From an uncultured Planctomycetaceae bacterium (GTDB taxonomy: Bacteria > Planctomycetota > Planctomycetia > Isosphaerales > Isosphaeraceae): a stretch of 64,000 bases of DNA. The notes under the pieces are model-generated. The model ran no database searches, was not told the origin of the DNA, and worked only from the letters and a program-made list of their open reading frames with translations. Of the stretch, positions 1 through 10,050 are shown piece by piece; positions within the stretch are counted from its first letter, which is position 1, and each line of letters starts with the position of its first letter. Position numbers and translations under genes: made by a program. Location: NCBI GenBank assembly GCA_963833985.1, contig CAWIAD010000002.1:6336001-6400000 (forward strand), given 5' to 3'.

Positions 1-2
1 TG

Positions 3-734
3 GAGGCCTGCGCGGTCTCCTCGCCGCCGGGCGTGCGGCTCGACGGCAAAAGCCTGTTGCCGCTGTTGCGCGGGGGGCCGGAGGTCGCGTGGCCGGAACG
101 GACCCTCTTCTTCCAGTGGCATCGGGGAGACCGTCCCCACGCCGACCGCGCATTTGCCGCCCGCTCACGAACGTACAAGCTTCTTCGTCCCGAGCCGAAG
201 TCGGGAAGCCGCGAGGCGCCCGCCCTGGAGCTCTATGACCTCGCCGCCGACCCTTACGAGCAGCACGACCTCGCCGGAAAACTCCCCGCGATCGTCGAGC
301 GACTGCATGGGCAATACCTCGACTGGTTCAAGGACGTTTCGTTTCAGGGATTCGAGCCGGTGCGCATGGCGATCGGCGACCCGCGCGAGAACCCGGCCAT
401 CCTCACCCGCCAGGACTGGCGCGGACCGCGCGCCGGGTGGGGTGCTGAAAACCTGGGGTACTGGGAAGTATCTGTCGCGCGCCGCGGGCGGTACGACATC
501 ACCGCGCACTTCACGCCCCGGCCGTTCCCGAGCGTGGCGCAACTGAGGCTTCAGGGGGCCAGCCAGCGGGTCTCCATCCGTCCCGGCAGCTCGGAGTGCA
601 CGTTCGCGGATGTCCCCGCTGACCATGGCCCCGGCCGGCTGGAAGCCTGGATCGAGAGCGGCCAGGATTCGTGGGGCGTGCTCGGGCTGACGGTCCGTTA
701 CGTGCGGAACGAACAGTCCGCGCCCCTGCCCTGA
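3..734 (+). CDS. Arylsulfatase, C-terminal part (5' end outside window)
   Basis: LDGKSLLPLL...RTLFFQWHRG...ELYDLAADPYEQHDLA is a typical sulfatase C-terminal signature. Confidence 0.8.
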   Translation, partial: EACAVSSPPGVRLDGKSLLPLLRGGPEVAWPERTLFFQWHRGDRPHADRAFAARSRTYKLLRPEPKSGSREAPALELYDLAADPYEQHDLAGKLPAIVERLHGQYLDWFKDVSFQGFEPVRMAIGDPRENPAILTRQDWRGPRAGWGAENLGYWEVSVARRGRYDITAHFTPRPFPSVAQLRLQGASQRVSIRPGSSECTFADVPADHGPGRLEAWIESGQDSWGVLGLTVRYVRNEQSAPLP

Positions 735-933
735 CTGAGCGGCCCGATGCACTGGCCTTGACGAGGCCGAGTGTTCCTGGCAGCATCCCCGCCAGCCAGC
801 CCTTGCGGTCTTCCGGGGCCCTGTCGCGCTTGGCGTCCCTGGAAGGCACAGGCCAGCGCATTTCTCCCGCTGGGCAACCCGCGGCACGATCCGGCCATCG
901 TGCCCCCGCGCAGCGCTTCACAGGAGCCGTCTC

Positions 934-2465
934 ATGCCAGTTTCGGATGCTGGTTGCGTGCTCGATGCTCCCGTGGACGAAACCGCCCGGCGCAGGTCCT
1001 GGCAAGACCTGAAGATGGCCTGCGGATGGCTGCACGCCGGCGATGTGGCACGTGCGCGCGAGGCATTCCTCCAGACCGCCCGGCGCAATCCGCCTTGCGG
1101 CGAGGCGTTCTTCTTCCTGGGAGTCATTCACCAGCGGGAAGGTGACGACGAGTCCGCCACGAACAACTATCGCCGGGCCCTGGAGCTGGTGCCCGACCTC
1201 GCCGAAGCAAGGAATAACCTGGGAGTGATCCTCCAGGCACAGGGGAACATCGAGGAAGCGGAACGCTGCTTCCGGGCAGCGCTCCGGCTCGAAGCCCGAC
1301 TACGCCGAAGCCCATAATAACCTGGGCAATGCGCTCCAGGACCAGGGCCGGTTCCAGGAGGCGGTGGCAGCCTACCGGCAAGCCCTCCAGTTCGGGCCGC
1401 GCTCCGTGGACGCGCTCAAGCATCTGGGCAACGCGCTGCGGCGCTGGGGCGGCTGGATGAGGCCATCGCCTGCTACGACCAGGGACTTCGCCTTGCACCC
1501 GACCACGCGCTTCTGCACATGTCGCGGGCCATGGTCTGGCTGCAAATGGGCGACTTCGCGCGCGGCTGGCCGGAGTGTGCGTGGCGGCTCTGCTCACCGG
1601 ACCTGCCCATCCATCGCCTGCGCGGACCCCTTTGGGACGGTAGCGAGCTGCGCGGCAAGACCATCCTCATCGCGGCCGAGCAAGGGCTGGGAGACACGAT
1701 CCAGTTCATCCGCTACGCGCCATGGGTCGCCCGCCGCGCAGGCCGCGTGGTCGTGACCTGCGCGCCGGGCCTCAGAAGGCTGCTCGCCTCCTGCGCGGGA
1801 GTGGACGAGGTGGTCTGCGACGGCGAGCCTCTGCCGGAATACGCCTGTTATGCGCCCGTGATGAGCCTGCCCGCAATCCTTGGCACAACGCCCGAAACCA
1901 TTCCCGCGGAGGTCCCCTACCTGCGGGCTGATCGGCTGCCCGGGCAAGACCTGCCCGATGCCCTCACGGACACCGCAGGCTACAAGGTGGGCGTGGTCTG
2001 GCAAGGCAATCCACGGCATACGAAGGATCGTGAGCGGTCGTTCCGGCTTGCGCATTTCGCGCCCTGGCCCGGGTGCCGGGCGTGCGGCTCTTCAGCCTGC
2101 AAAAGAATTTTGGCCTGGAGCAGATCCGCGAAGTGTCCGGATGCTTTCCGGTGACCGACCTGGGTCGCCAGCTCGACGACTTCGTCGAGACGGCGGCCGT
2201 GATGCAACGGCTCGACCTGGTGATCTCGGCCGACAGCTCGCCGGCGCATCTTGCCGGGGCCCTGGGGCGACCCGTCTGGATGCCCTTGCCCTACATCTGC
2301 GACTGGCGCTGGATGACCGATCGGGACGACACCCCGTGGTATCCCACCATGCGGCTCTTCCGCCAGCGCACCTTCGGCGGCTGGACCGAGGTCTTCGGCC
2401 GGATGGCGGCGGAACTGGCCGTCATGGTCCAGGAGCAGGGCGATGCGGCGTCCCGTGCAGGCTGA
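934..2465 (+). CDS. TPR-repeat / glycosyltransferase family 9-like protein (split by several frameshifts)
   Basis: GGAG RBS before ATG 934. TPR motifs (AEARNNLGVIL). EQGLGDTIQFIRY, VGVVWQGNP and LDLVISADSSPAHLAGALG..DWRW..PWYPTMRLFRQ are spread over ORFs 934, 1364, 1519 and 2073. Confidence 0.85.
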
Positions 2466-2492
2466 GCCATTTCTCTGGAGGAGTTCGTTCCC

Positions 2493-4050
2493 ATGACAAC
2501 CGCCATTCGCAGCGCACTGGCGTTTGCCGGCTCCTGCATTCACACGGGCGATTACCCAGGCGCGGCGCTCACGTGCCGGCAGGTTCTCGACCAGGACCCG
2601 GCCGTGGGAGAAGCATGGTACGTACTGGGGGTGGCGACGCAGCTTCTGGGAAAGATCGCCGAGTCGGTGACGTATTACCGCAACTCGCTCCGGCTCGCCC
2701 CGGGGAATGCCGAAGCGTGGAATAACCTGGGCGCGTCGCTGTCGACGCTGCGCAGGCCCGAGGAGGCTGAGCCGTGCCTGAGGAAAGCGCTGGAGATCGA
2801 GGCCGGCTACGCCCAGGCGCATAACAACCTGGGCAATGCGCTTCAGGCCCAGGGCCGGTTCGACGAGGCAATCGAGTCTTACCTGCGTGCCTTGCGGTGC
2901 AATCCGGATTATTCCGAGGTCTACGATCACGTGGGGCTGACCTTGCAGACGCTGGGACGGCTGGACGAGGCCATCTCCTGGTTCGACCAGGCTCTCGCGC
3001 GGGCGCCGGAATCTGGCGTGATCCACATGAACCGGGCCCTGTCTTTGTTGCAGAGAGGAGACTTCGCACAGGGCTGGGCCGAATACGAATGGCGGTTCCG
3101 CTGCCGCGAGCACCCGATCCTCGCCGCGGGGAAACCGCCCTGGGACGGCGCGCCTCTGCACGAGCGGCTCGATCCTGCTCTGGGCCGAGCAAGGCCTGGG
3201 CGACGCGGTTCAGTTCCTGCGCTATGCGGCAGGAGTTGCGGGCAAGGGCGGACGGGTCATCGTGAGCTGCCCCCGCCCTCTGATGCGGCTGGCGGCGACA
3301 TGCCCGGGAGTTTCGGAGGTCGTCGCCGAGGGCACCTCAGAGCTGCCTGGCGAGTGCCAGGCGCCGCTGATGAGCTTGCCGCGACTCTTCAGCACGACTC
3401 TGGAAACGATCCCCGCCAGGGTCCCCTATCTCGCGGCGGATCCGGAACTCGCCGCGCGATGGGCCGAGGAACTGGGCCGCCACGCGGGGCTCAAGGTGGG
3501 CATCGCCTGGCAGGGCAACCCCGACCACAAGAAGGACCGACATCGCTCTTTCGAGCTGGAGCGGTTCGAGGCGCTGGCCAGGATCCCCGGCGTCCGGCTT
3601 TTCAGCCTTCAGAAAGGTGCCGGCAGCGAGCAGGTGAGCAAGCTTGCCGGCCGCTTCGCCGTCACCGACCTGGGCGGCCGCCTGTCTGATTTCATGGACA
3701 CCGCGGCGGTCCTCCCGAACCTCGACCTGGTGATCACGCCCGACACCTCGCTGGCTCACCTGGCCGGGTCGCTGGGTGTCCCGACCTGGGTGGCCCTTCC
3801 TTTCGCATCCGACTGGCGCTGGCTGCTGGATCGCGAGGACAGTCCGTGGTATCCCTCCCTCCGCCTTTTCCGCCAGCGCCGCTGGGGAGATTGGGATGAG
3901 GTCTTTCTCCGGATCGAAGACGAGATCGCGTGCCTACCTTGTTCGCCCCGAGCATTCGGCGCAAGGCATGGCAGTCCTGGAAAGAACTCCCGCACACTCG
4001 ATAGGCCAACGGTGGCCTCGGCTTCGTCCAACGCACAATCACTTGATTAG
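2493..4050 (+). CDS. Second TPR-repeat / GT9-like protein, tandem paralog (frameshift near 3165)
   Basis: GGAGGAG RBS. TPRs in ORF 2493. ILLWAEQGLGDAVQFLRY and LDLVITPDTSLAHLAG..DWRW..SPWYPSLRLFRQ lie in the frame of ORF 3262. Confidence 0.85.
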
Positions 4051-4250
4051 CCAGCACTCTCCGCAGAATGTGGGCGATTCGACGCGCATCCGGAACCCGC
4101 CCAGGGCTCTGGCTCTTCAAGAGGTCCGCGACTCCCATGAGAATACCTCGCGTTCTGAACGCGTCTCGATGGCACCCCGGATCGAGGGGGAGATGGAACG
4201 CTTCAGGAACGCACCGAGCTGTCCATCAAATCGCTCGATCGCGACGCGTG

Positions 4251-4453
4251 TCAGGCGACACTAAGACTCCACAGGTCGTTCGCGGGATCGTACTCCTCGA
4301 CCACGTCGGTGTTCGTGGTTGACAGGATGAAGCCGTGGCCGGTGCGGCCGCCGATCACGAGGCTGGCATCTGAGCCAGCCCCGCCGTGGAGAGAATCAGG
4401 CTCGCGGCGATCACGGCAAGGATCGCGGTTCCGCGTCGTAGCACTGCTGACAT
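4251..4453 (-). pseudogene. Internally deleted secreted Kelch-repeat protein remnant
   Basis: RBS and signal peptide MSAVLRRGTAILAVIAASLILSTAGLAQMPAS are joined out of frame to a single Kelch motif, VIGGRTGHGFILSTTNTDVVEEYDPANDLWS. Confidence 0.7.
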
Positions 4454-4688
4454 GAAAATCTCCATTCTCAAGGTCGTCGACGAACAGGCACGAGCCTGTT
4501 CACGATGGATCAAAATGCGTTTCCTCGATGCTCCAGGCACGGCCTTCGTCTTCCGAGCGAGTCGACTCTGACGATCGGTTGGCTGGCGGCCAGAGCACTC
4601 ATTCCTGCCCCGTATTGCTGAGCGAGGCAGGTGGACACCAATTCGGCTGTACTGGCGGAAATCCTTTGTTTCGCGGGCTTGCCTGACC

Positions 4689-5033
4689 ATGCACGAAGAA
4701 CCGACTACCGCGGTCGTCCAGCGCTGCCTGGACGCACTGCAAGGCGACGCGGCCGCAGAACCGCTCATCCGGGAGCTGCTGGAACGGGCGGTCGACCGCC
4801 TGCGCCTGCTGTGCGCCTCGCTGCTCCGGCGGAGTTACCCGCGGCTGACGCAACCGCCCCTGAACCTGGAGACCGACGAGCTGCTGGGCGGCGTGGTGGC
4901 CGGGCTGCTCAAGGCTCTGCGCGAGGTTCGCCCCCGGACCGTGCGCCAGTTCTTCGCCCTCGCCAACCAGCACATGCGATGGCAGCTCAATGATCTGCGC
5001 GATCACGGGTGTGCATTCCTCGCCGGCCCATGA
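4689..5033 (+). pseudogene. ECF sigma factor, truncated after region 2
   Basis: TTAVVQRCLDAL..LLERAVDRLRLLC..QFFALANQHMRWQLNDL. There is no region-4 HTH, and similarity stops where the 65-bp repeat begins. Confidence 0.75.
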
Positions 5034-5297
5034 CATAATGCAGCCGATCCGGCGCATCGTGCCCGGCGTCCTCCGGCGTTGGGGCCAGCTCGTAGCCCGT
5101 AGGGTGGGTCGAGCATTGCGAGGCCCACCGATTGTCTGAACGGCGAGTGTCGCAGCCCGTAGGGCGGATCAGCGTCGCTTGCGACGCGCAACCCACCGCA
5201 CCACTGAGAACAGGTCGGACGTCGACCGCGAATGTGCATTCCTCGCCGGTCCATGACATAATGCAGCCGATCCGGCGCATCGTGCCCGGCGTCCTCC
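5010..5297 (+). repeat. 65-bp direct repeat (5010-5074 and 5233-5297) enclosing a REP cluster
   Basis: TGTGCATTCCTCGCCGG(C/T)CCATGACATAATGCAGCCGATCCGGCGCATCGTGCCCGGCGTCCTCC, 1 mismatch. It contains TGACATAAT, an extended -10-like motif. Confidence 0.95.
5099..5203 (+). repeat. GTAG-type REP cluster (two REP-like palindromes)
   Basis: GTAGGGTGGGTCGAGC..GAGGCCCACC and GTAGGGCGGATCAGCG..CGCAACCCACC. A near copy is at 9346-9453. Confidence 0.85.
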
Positions 5298-5352
5298 AGT
5301 GTCGGAGGTCAGAGCAAGATCGTCTTCACCTGGTTTCCGGGAGGCCCGCCTC

Positions 5353-8300
5353 ATGGCAGCCGTCGCCGCAGATCGAGAGCTGCTGTTTGGACTCCTGGCG
5401 CTCCAGAACGGCATCATCAACCAGGCCCAGCTCGTGCTCGCCTTCCAGGCCTGGACGCTGGATAAATCCCGAAGCCTGGCCGACTACCTCCAGCAGCGCG
5501 GGGAGCTGGCCGCGGCGAAGCGCGCCCTGGTCGAGGCTCTCGTCGATGTCCATCTCGAGGCCCATGCCGGCGACGTGGAGCAGAGCCTGGCCGCCGTCTC
5601 GGCCGGCAAGTCCACCCGCGAAAGCCTCGCACGGCTCGGCGACCCGGACGTCGATGCCACGCTGGGGCACGTCGCCTCGGTCCACGGCTCGACCGAGAAC
5701 GACGACCCCGACCGCACCACCAGTTACTCCGTCGGCACGGCCACCAGCGACGGCCTGCGCTTTCGCGTGCTCCGGCCGCATGCCAGGGGCGGATTGGGGG
5801 CGGTCTTCGTCGCGCTCGATTCCGAACTGAACCGCGAGGTCGCGCTCAAGCAGATCCTCGATCACCACGCCGACGACTCGATCAGCCGTCAGCGATTCCT
5901 GCTCGAGGCCGAGGTCACCGGCGGGCTGGAGCATCCGGGCATCGTCCCGGTCTATGGGCTGGGAACCTACGCCGACGGCCGGCCGTACTACGCCATGCGG
6001 TTCATCCGGGGAGGCTCGCTCAAGGAGGCCATCGAGCGGTTCCACGGCGACCAGACCCTGAAAAACGATGCCGGCAAGCGGTCGCTGGCGGTGCGCAAGC
6101 TGCTGCGGCGGTTCACCGACGTCTGCAACGCCATCGACTACGCCCACAGTCGCGGCGTGCTCCATCGCGATCTCAAGCCGGGCAACATCATCGTCGGCAA
6201 GCACGGCGAGACGCTGGTCGTCGACTGGGGCCTGGCCAAGGCCAAGGGCAAGACCGACGCGACGGACACCTCCGAGGAGCGCCCGCTCACTCCGTCTTCG
6301 GCCAGCGGCAGTGCGGAGACCCTGCCCGGCAGCGCGCTGGGCACGCCGGCCTACATGAGCCCCGAGCAGGCGCGCGGCGATCTCGACCAGCTTGGCCCGC
6401 GTTCCGATGTTTACAGCCTAGGCGCGACGCTGTATTGCTTGCTGACCGGCAAGCCGCCACAGGAGGGCGATGACCTCGGCGCGATCCTCCGCAAGGTGCA
6501 GCGGGGTGAATTCACGCCGCCAAGGCACATCGATCCCTCCATTGACAAGGCACTGGAGGCCGTCTGCCTGAAGGCCATGGCCCTCAGGCCCGAGGATCGC
6601 TACGCCAGCGGCCGCGCCCTGGCCGACGACATCGAGCGGTGGATGGCCGACGAGCCGGTCGCGGCCTATCCCGACCCCTGGACGCGCAAGCTGACGCGCT
6701 GGCTGGCGCGGCATCGCACGGGCGTGACGGCCCTCGGCGCGGCGCTGCTGGCGGCGCTCATTGGCCTGGCGGCCGTGCTGGGCGTGCAGCGGCAGTTGAA
6801 CGCCGTGCTGGCGGCCAAGAACAGCGATCTGGACCGGGCCAACGTCCGCCTCCGCGAGGCGATCGTGCAGAAGGACGCGGCCAACACGGCGCTGGGCGAG
6901 GCCAACGGCCGGGTGCAGGCCCGGTTCGAGCTGGCGCGGGAGGCGATCCGGTCGTTCAAGGCCGGCGTCGAGGAAGAGGAGGCGCTGAAGGAGAACCGGC
7001 TGCGGCCCTTGCGCGACAAGCTGCTGGGCTCGGCGCGGCGGTTCTACGACCGGCTGGGCGACCTGCTGCGGGGCCAGGAAGACGTCGCCTCGAAGGCGGT
7101 TCTGGCCGAGTCATACACCGAGCTGGGCAAGCTGATCGACCAGATCGGCCAGAAGCCCGAGGCGCTGGAGGCGTACAAGAAGGCGGTGGCGATCCGCCGC
7201 GAGCTGGCGGCTGCACCGGCCGCCGTCGCGTCGGAGCGGGTCGCGCTGGCGAAGGCGCTGAACGGCCTGGGCGAGGAAACGTATCAGCTCGGCGACCACA
7301 CCGCCTCCCTGGCCGCGCACGAGGAGGCCGGCACGCTGGCCGAGCCGCTGGCCGCGGGTCCGGACGCAACGATCGAGGCCCGCCGGGCGCTCGGGGCTGC
7401 CCGCCAGGGTGCCGGCGAGGCGCTCCAGGCGACCGGGAAGGACGCCGCCGCGCTGGCGGCCTACCGCCAGGCGATCTTCGTGCGCGAGGCTCTCACCCGC
7501 GACCCTTCAGCCATTCCCGACGACCGCCGCGAGCTGGCAGTCAGCCACAACTGGGTTGGCAACCTGCTGGAGAAGACCGGCAATCTGGCCGGGGCGCTGG
7601 TCGAGCAGCGGAAGTACCAGGATCTGTTCCGGGCGCTGGCCGCCGAGCACCCCGCCGTTCCCGACTACCGCCGCGAACTGGCCGTCAGCCACAGCCGGGT
7701 CGGCAGCCTGCTGGCGACGACCGGCGACCTGGCCGGGGCACTGGCCGAGCAACGGAAGAACCAGGATCTGTTCCGGGCGCTGGCCGCCGAGCACCCCGCC
7801 GTTCCCGACTACCGCCGGGGACTGGCCGTCAGCCACACCCGGGTCGGCCTCTTGCTGGATATGACCGGCGACCTGGCCGGGGCCCTGGTCGAGCAGCGGA
7901 AGTACCAGGACATGTTCCGGGCCCTGGCCGCGGAGTACCCCGCCGTTCCCGACTACCGCCGCGAGCTGGCCGTCAGCCACAACCGGGTCGGCGGCCTGCT
8001 CGAGAAGACCGGCGACCTGGCCGGGGCCCTGGCCGAGCAGCGGAAGTACCAGGAGCTGACGCGGGCGCTGGCCGCCGAGCACCCCGAAGTCCCCGACTAC
8101 CGTCGCGAGCTAGCCGTCAGCCACAACCGGGTCGGCGGCCTGCTCGAGAAGACCGGCGACCTGGCCGGGGCCCTGGCCGAGCAGCGGAAGTACCAGGAGC
8201 TGACGCGGGCGCTGGCCGCCGAGCACCCCGAAGTCCCCGACTACCGCCTCGACCTGGCCGTCAGCCACAACCGGGTCGGCGGCCTGCTCGAGAAGACCGG

Positions 8301-9203
8301 CGACCTGGCCGGGGCCCTGGCCGAGCAGCGGAAGTACCAGGAGCTGACGCGGGCGCTGGCCGCCGAGCACCCCGAAGTCCCCGACTACCGTCGCGAGCTA
8401 GCCGTCAGTCACAACTGGGTTGGCAGCCTGCTGGAGCAGACCGGCGACACGGCCGGAGCACTCGCCGAGCAGCGGAAGTACCAGGACATCTACCGGGTGC
8501 TGGCCGCGGAGCACCCCGACGTCACCGACCACCGCCTCGGCCTGGCCGTCAGCCACAACCGGGTCGGCTACCTCCTGACCACGGCCGGCCGGCCCGCCGA
8601 GGGGCTGGCCGAGTTGGAGCGGGCCCGCTCCCTGCTCGGCGCGCTGGCCGAGGCCGCACCGGACGTCCCTCTTTATCGCGACGTCCTGGTCTTCGCGCTG
8701 AACTACGCCGGCGGCGCCCTCCGCGACCTGGGCCGAAGCGGCGAGGCCCGCGATCGCCACGACCGGGCCGTCGCGCTGGCCGAGACGCTGGCCGCGTCCT
8801 CCCCGAAGGTGCCGCTCTACCGCAGCCGTCTGGCCGACAGCCTGCGGCGGCTGGCCCTGCTGAAGCTGCACGCTGGCGACGCCGCCGGGGCCACCGCCGA
8901 CGCCCGCCGGGCCGTTGGCCTCCTCGAGGGGCTGCCCGCCCGCGACGGCCGCGCGTGGTTCTTGCTGGCCTGCGCCGCGCGACGCTGTCCGACGCCGTCG
9001 GCCGCGAGGGGCAAGCCCGGTCCGCCGAGTCCTCGGCCCTGGCCGACCGGGCGCTGGACGACCTCCGCCAGGCCGCCGCGCTGGGCTATCGCAACCCGGC
9101 CCAGTACCGTTACGAGCCGGACCTGGCCCCGCTCCGCGGCCGCCGGGACTTCCGGCTCCTGATGCTGGACCTGGCGTTTCCGCAGCAGCCATTCGCGCCG
9201 TGA
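5353..9203 (+). CDS. Ser/Thr protein kinase with TM helix and TPR-like repeat array (frameshift near 8975)
   Basis: RBS GGAGG. Kinase motifs HARGGLGAVF, VALK, HRDLKPGN, VVDWGLAK and GTPAYMSPEQ. TM ALGAALLAALIGLAAVLGV. The C-terminus ..DLAFPQQPFAP is in the shifted frame. Confidence 0.92.
7516..8580 (+). repeat. Intragenic tandem array of 144-bp (48-aa) units, 7 full plus 1 diverged
   Basis: Units start near 7516, 7660, 7804, 7948, 8092, 8236, 8380 and 8524. Consensus RRELAVSHNRVGxLLEKTGDLAGALAEQRKYQxLxRALAAEHPxVPDY. Confidence 0.95.
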
Positions 9204-9547
9204 ACCGAATGACGGGCTCGTAACTCGTAGGGTGGGTCAGCGTCGCTCGAGACGCGCAACCCACCGCACCAAGGTGGGTTGCGCCGCCTGCGACGGCTCA
9301 CCCACCCGAACGCGATCGCGCTGGGCATGCGATGGGAGCGAGCGCGTAGGGTGGGTCGAGCGTTCCCGCGAGGCCCACCGATTGTCTGAACGGCGAGTGT
9401 CGTAGCGCGTAGGGTGGGTGAGCGTCGCTCGAGACGCGCAACCCACCGCACCAAGGTGGGTTGCGCCGCCTGCGACGGCTCACCCACCCGACCACTAAAC
9501 CTGGAGTTTCCGCCGCAGCCATTCGCGCCGTGAACCGAAAGACGGGC
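9169..9547 (+). repeat. 49-bp direct repeat of the kinase 3' end (9169-9217 and 9499-9547) enclosing a REP cluster
   Basis: ACCTGG(C/A)GTTTCCGC(A/C)GCAGCCATTCGCGCCGTGAACCGAA(T/A)GACGGGC, 3 mismatches. Confidence 0.92.
9227..9491 (+). repeat. GTAG-type REP/BIME-like cluster
   Basis: GTAGGGTGGG starts at 9227, 9346 and 9409. The ~83-bp hairpin unit 9227-9309 is repeated at 9409-9491. Confidence 0.88.
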
Positions 9548-9627
9548 GGGCCACGTCGCTCGTCGAATGCCAGCAGGAGGTTCTTGATCACTCGCTGCCA
9601 CGGTCCCCGTGGGAGTGCAAGGCGCTC

Positions 9628-9770
9628 ATGAGTCTGGATCCAGCCGCGCTGGAGGCCGCCTTGACTCGGTGGGCCGACGCCATGCTGGGCCGACCACCGG
9701 CGGCCGAGACGGGTTCTCCTGAAGCTTGCCCTTGATGGCAAGTCGGCACGCGGCAGCCTCGATGCCTGCT
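9628..9770 (+). mobile_element. ISAs1-family transposase fragment
   Basis: MSLDPAALEAALTRW... then, after a frameshift, ALDGKSARGSLD, matching the ISAs1 'DGKTxRGS' motif. Confidence 0.6.
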
Positions 9771-10050
9771 TCGCTCGTGGCGAGCGAACAATATCGCCCA
9801 GGCGACGAGGAGAAACGCCTCCCGAGTCGCCGAACTCTTTACCAGGTTGGGCATCTCTTCACTGTGATTGGCCCTGGTACTGGCAAGGCCGGCTCTTTCA
9901 ACGCACGAGACCGCATCGTACAATCGCCGGCTGTCCGCTCGACCAGGATGGACCGGGGCGGCATGTGCTCACAGAATAACACCCTCGTATGCGTCGCCCT
10001 CTCCCGGCCACGACGAGGCCATGTCCTTTCCTCGTGTTCCTGGAGATCCC

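Noticed and set aside
7516..8580. Repeat array as CRISPR or DGR template/variable repeat
   Set aside because: The units are contiguous in-frame coding repeats with no spacers. Differences are not adenine-specific, and there is no cas or reverse transcriptase gene in the window.
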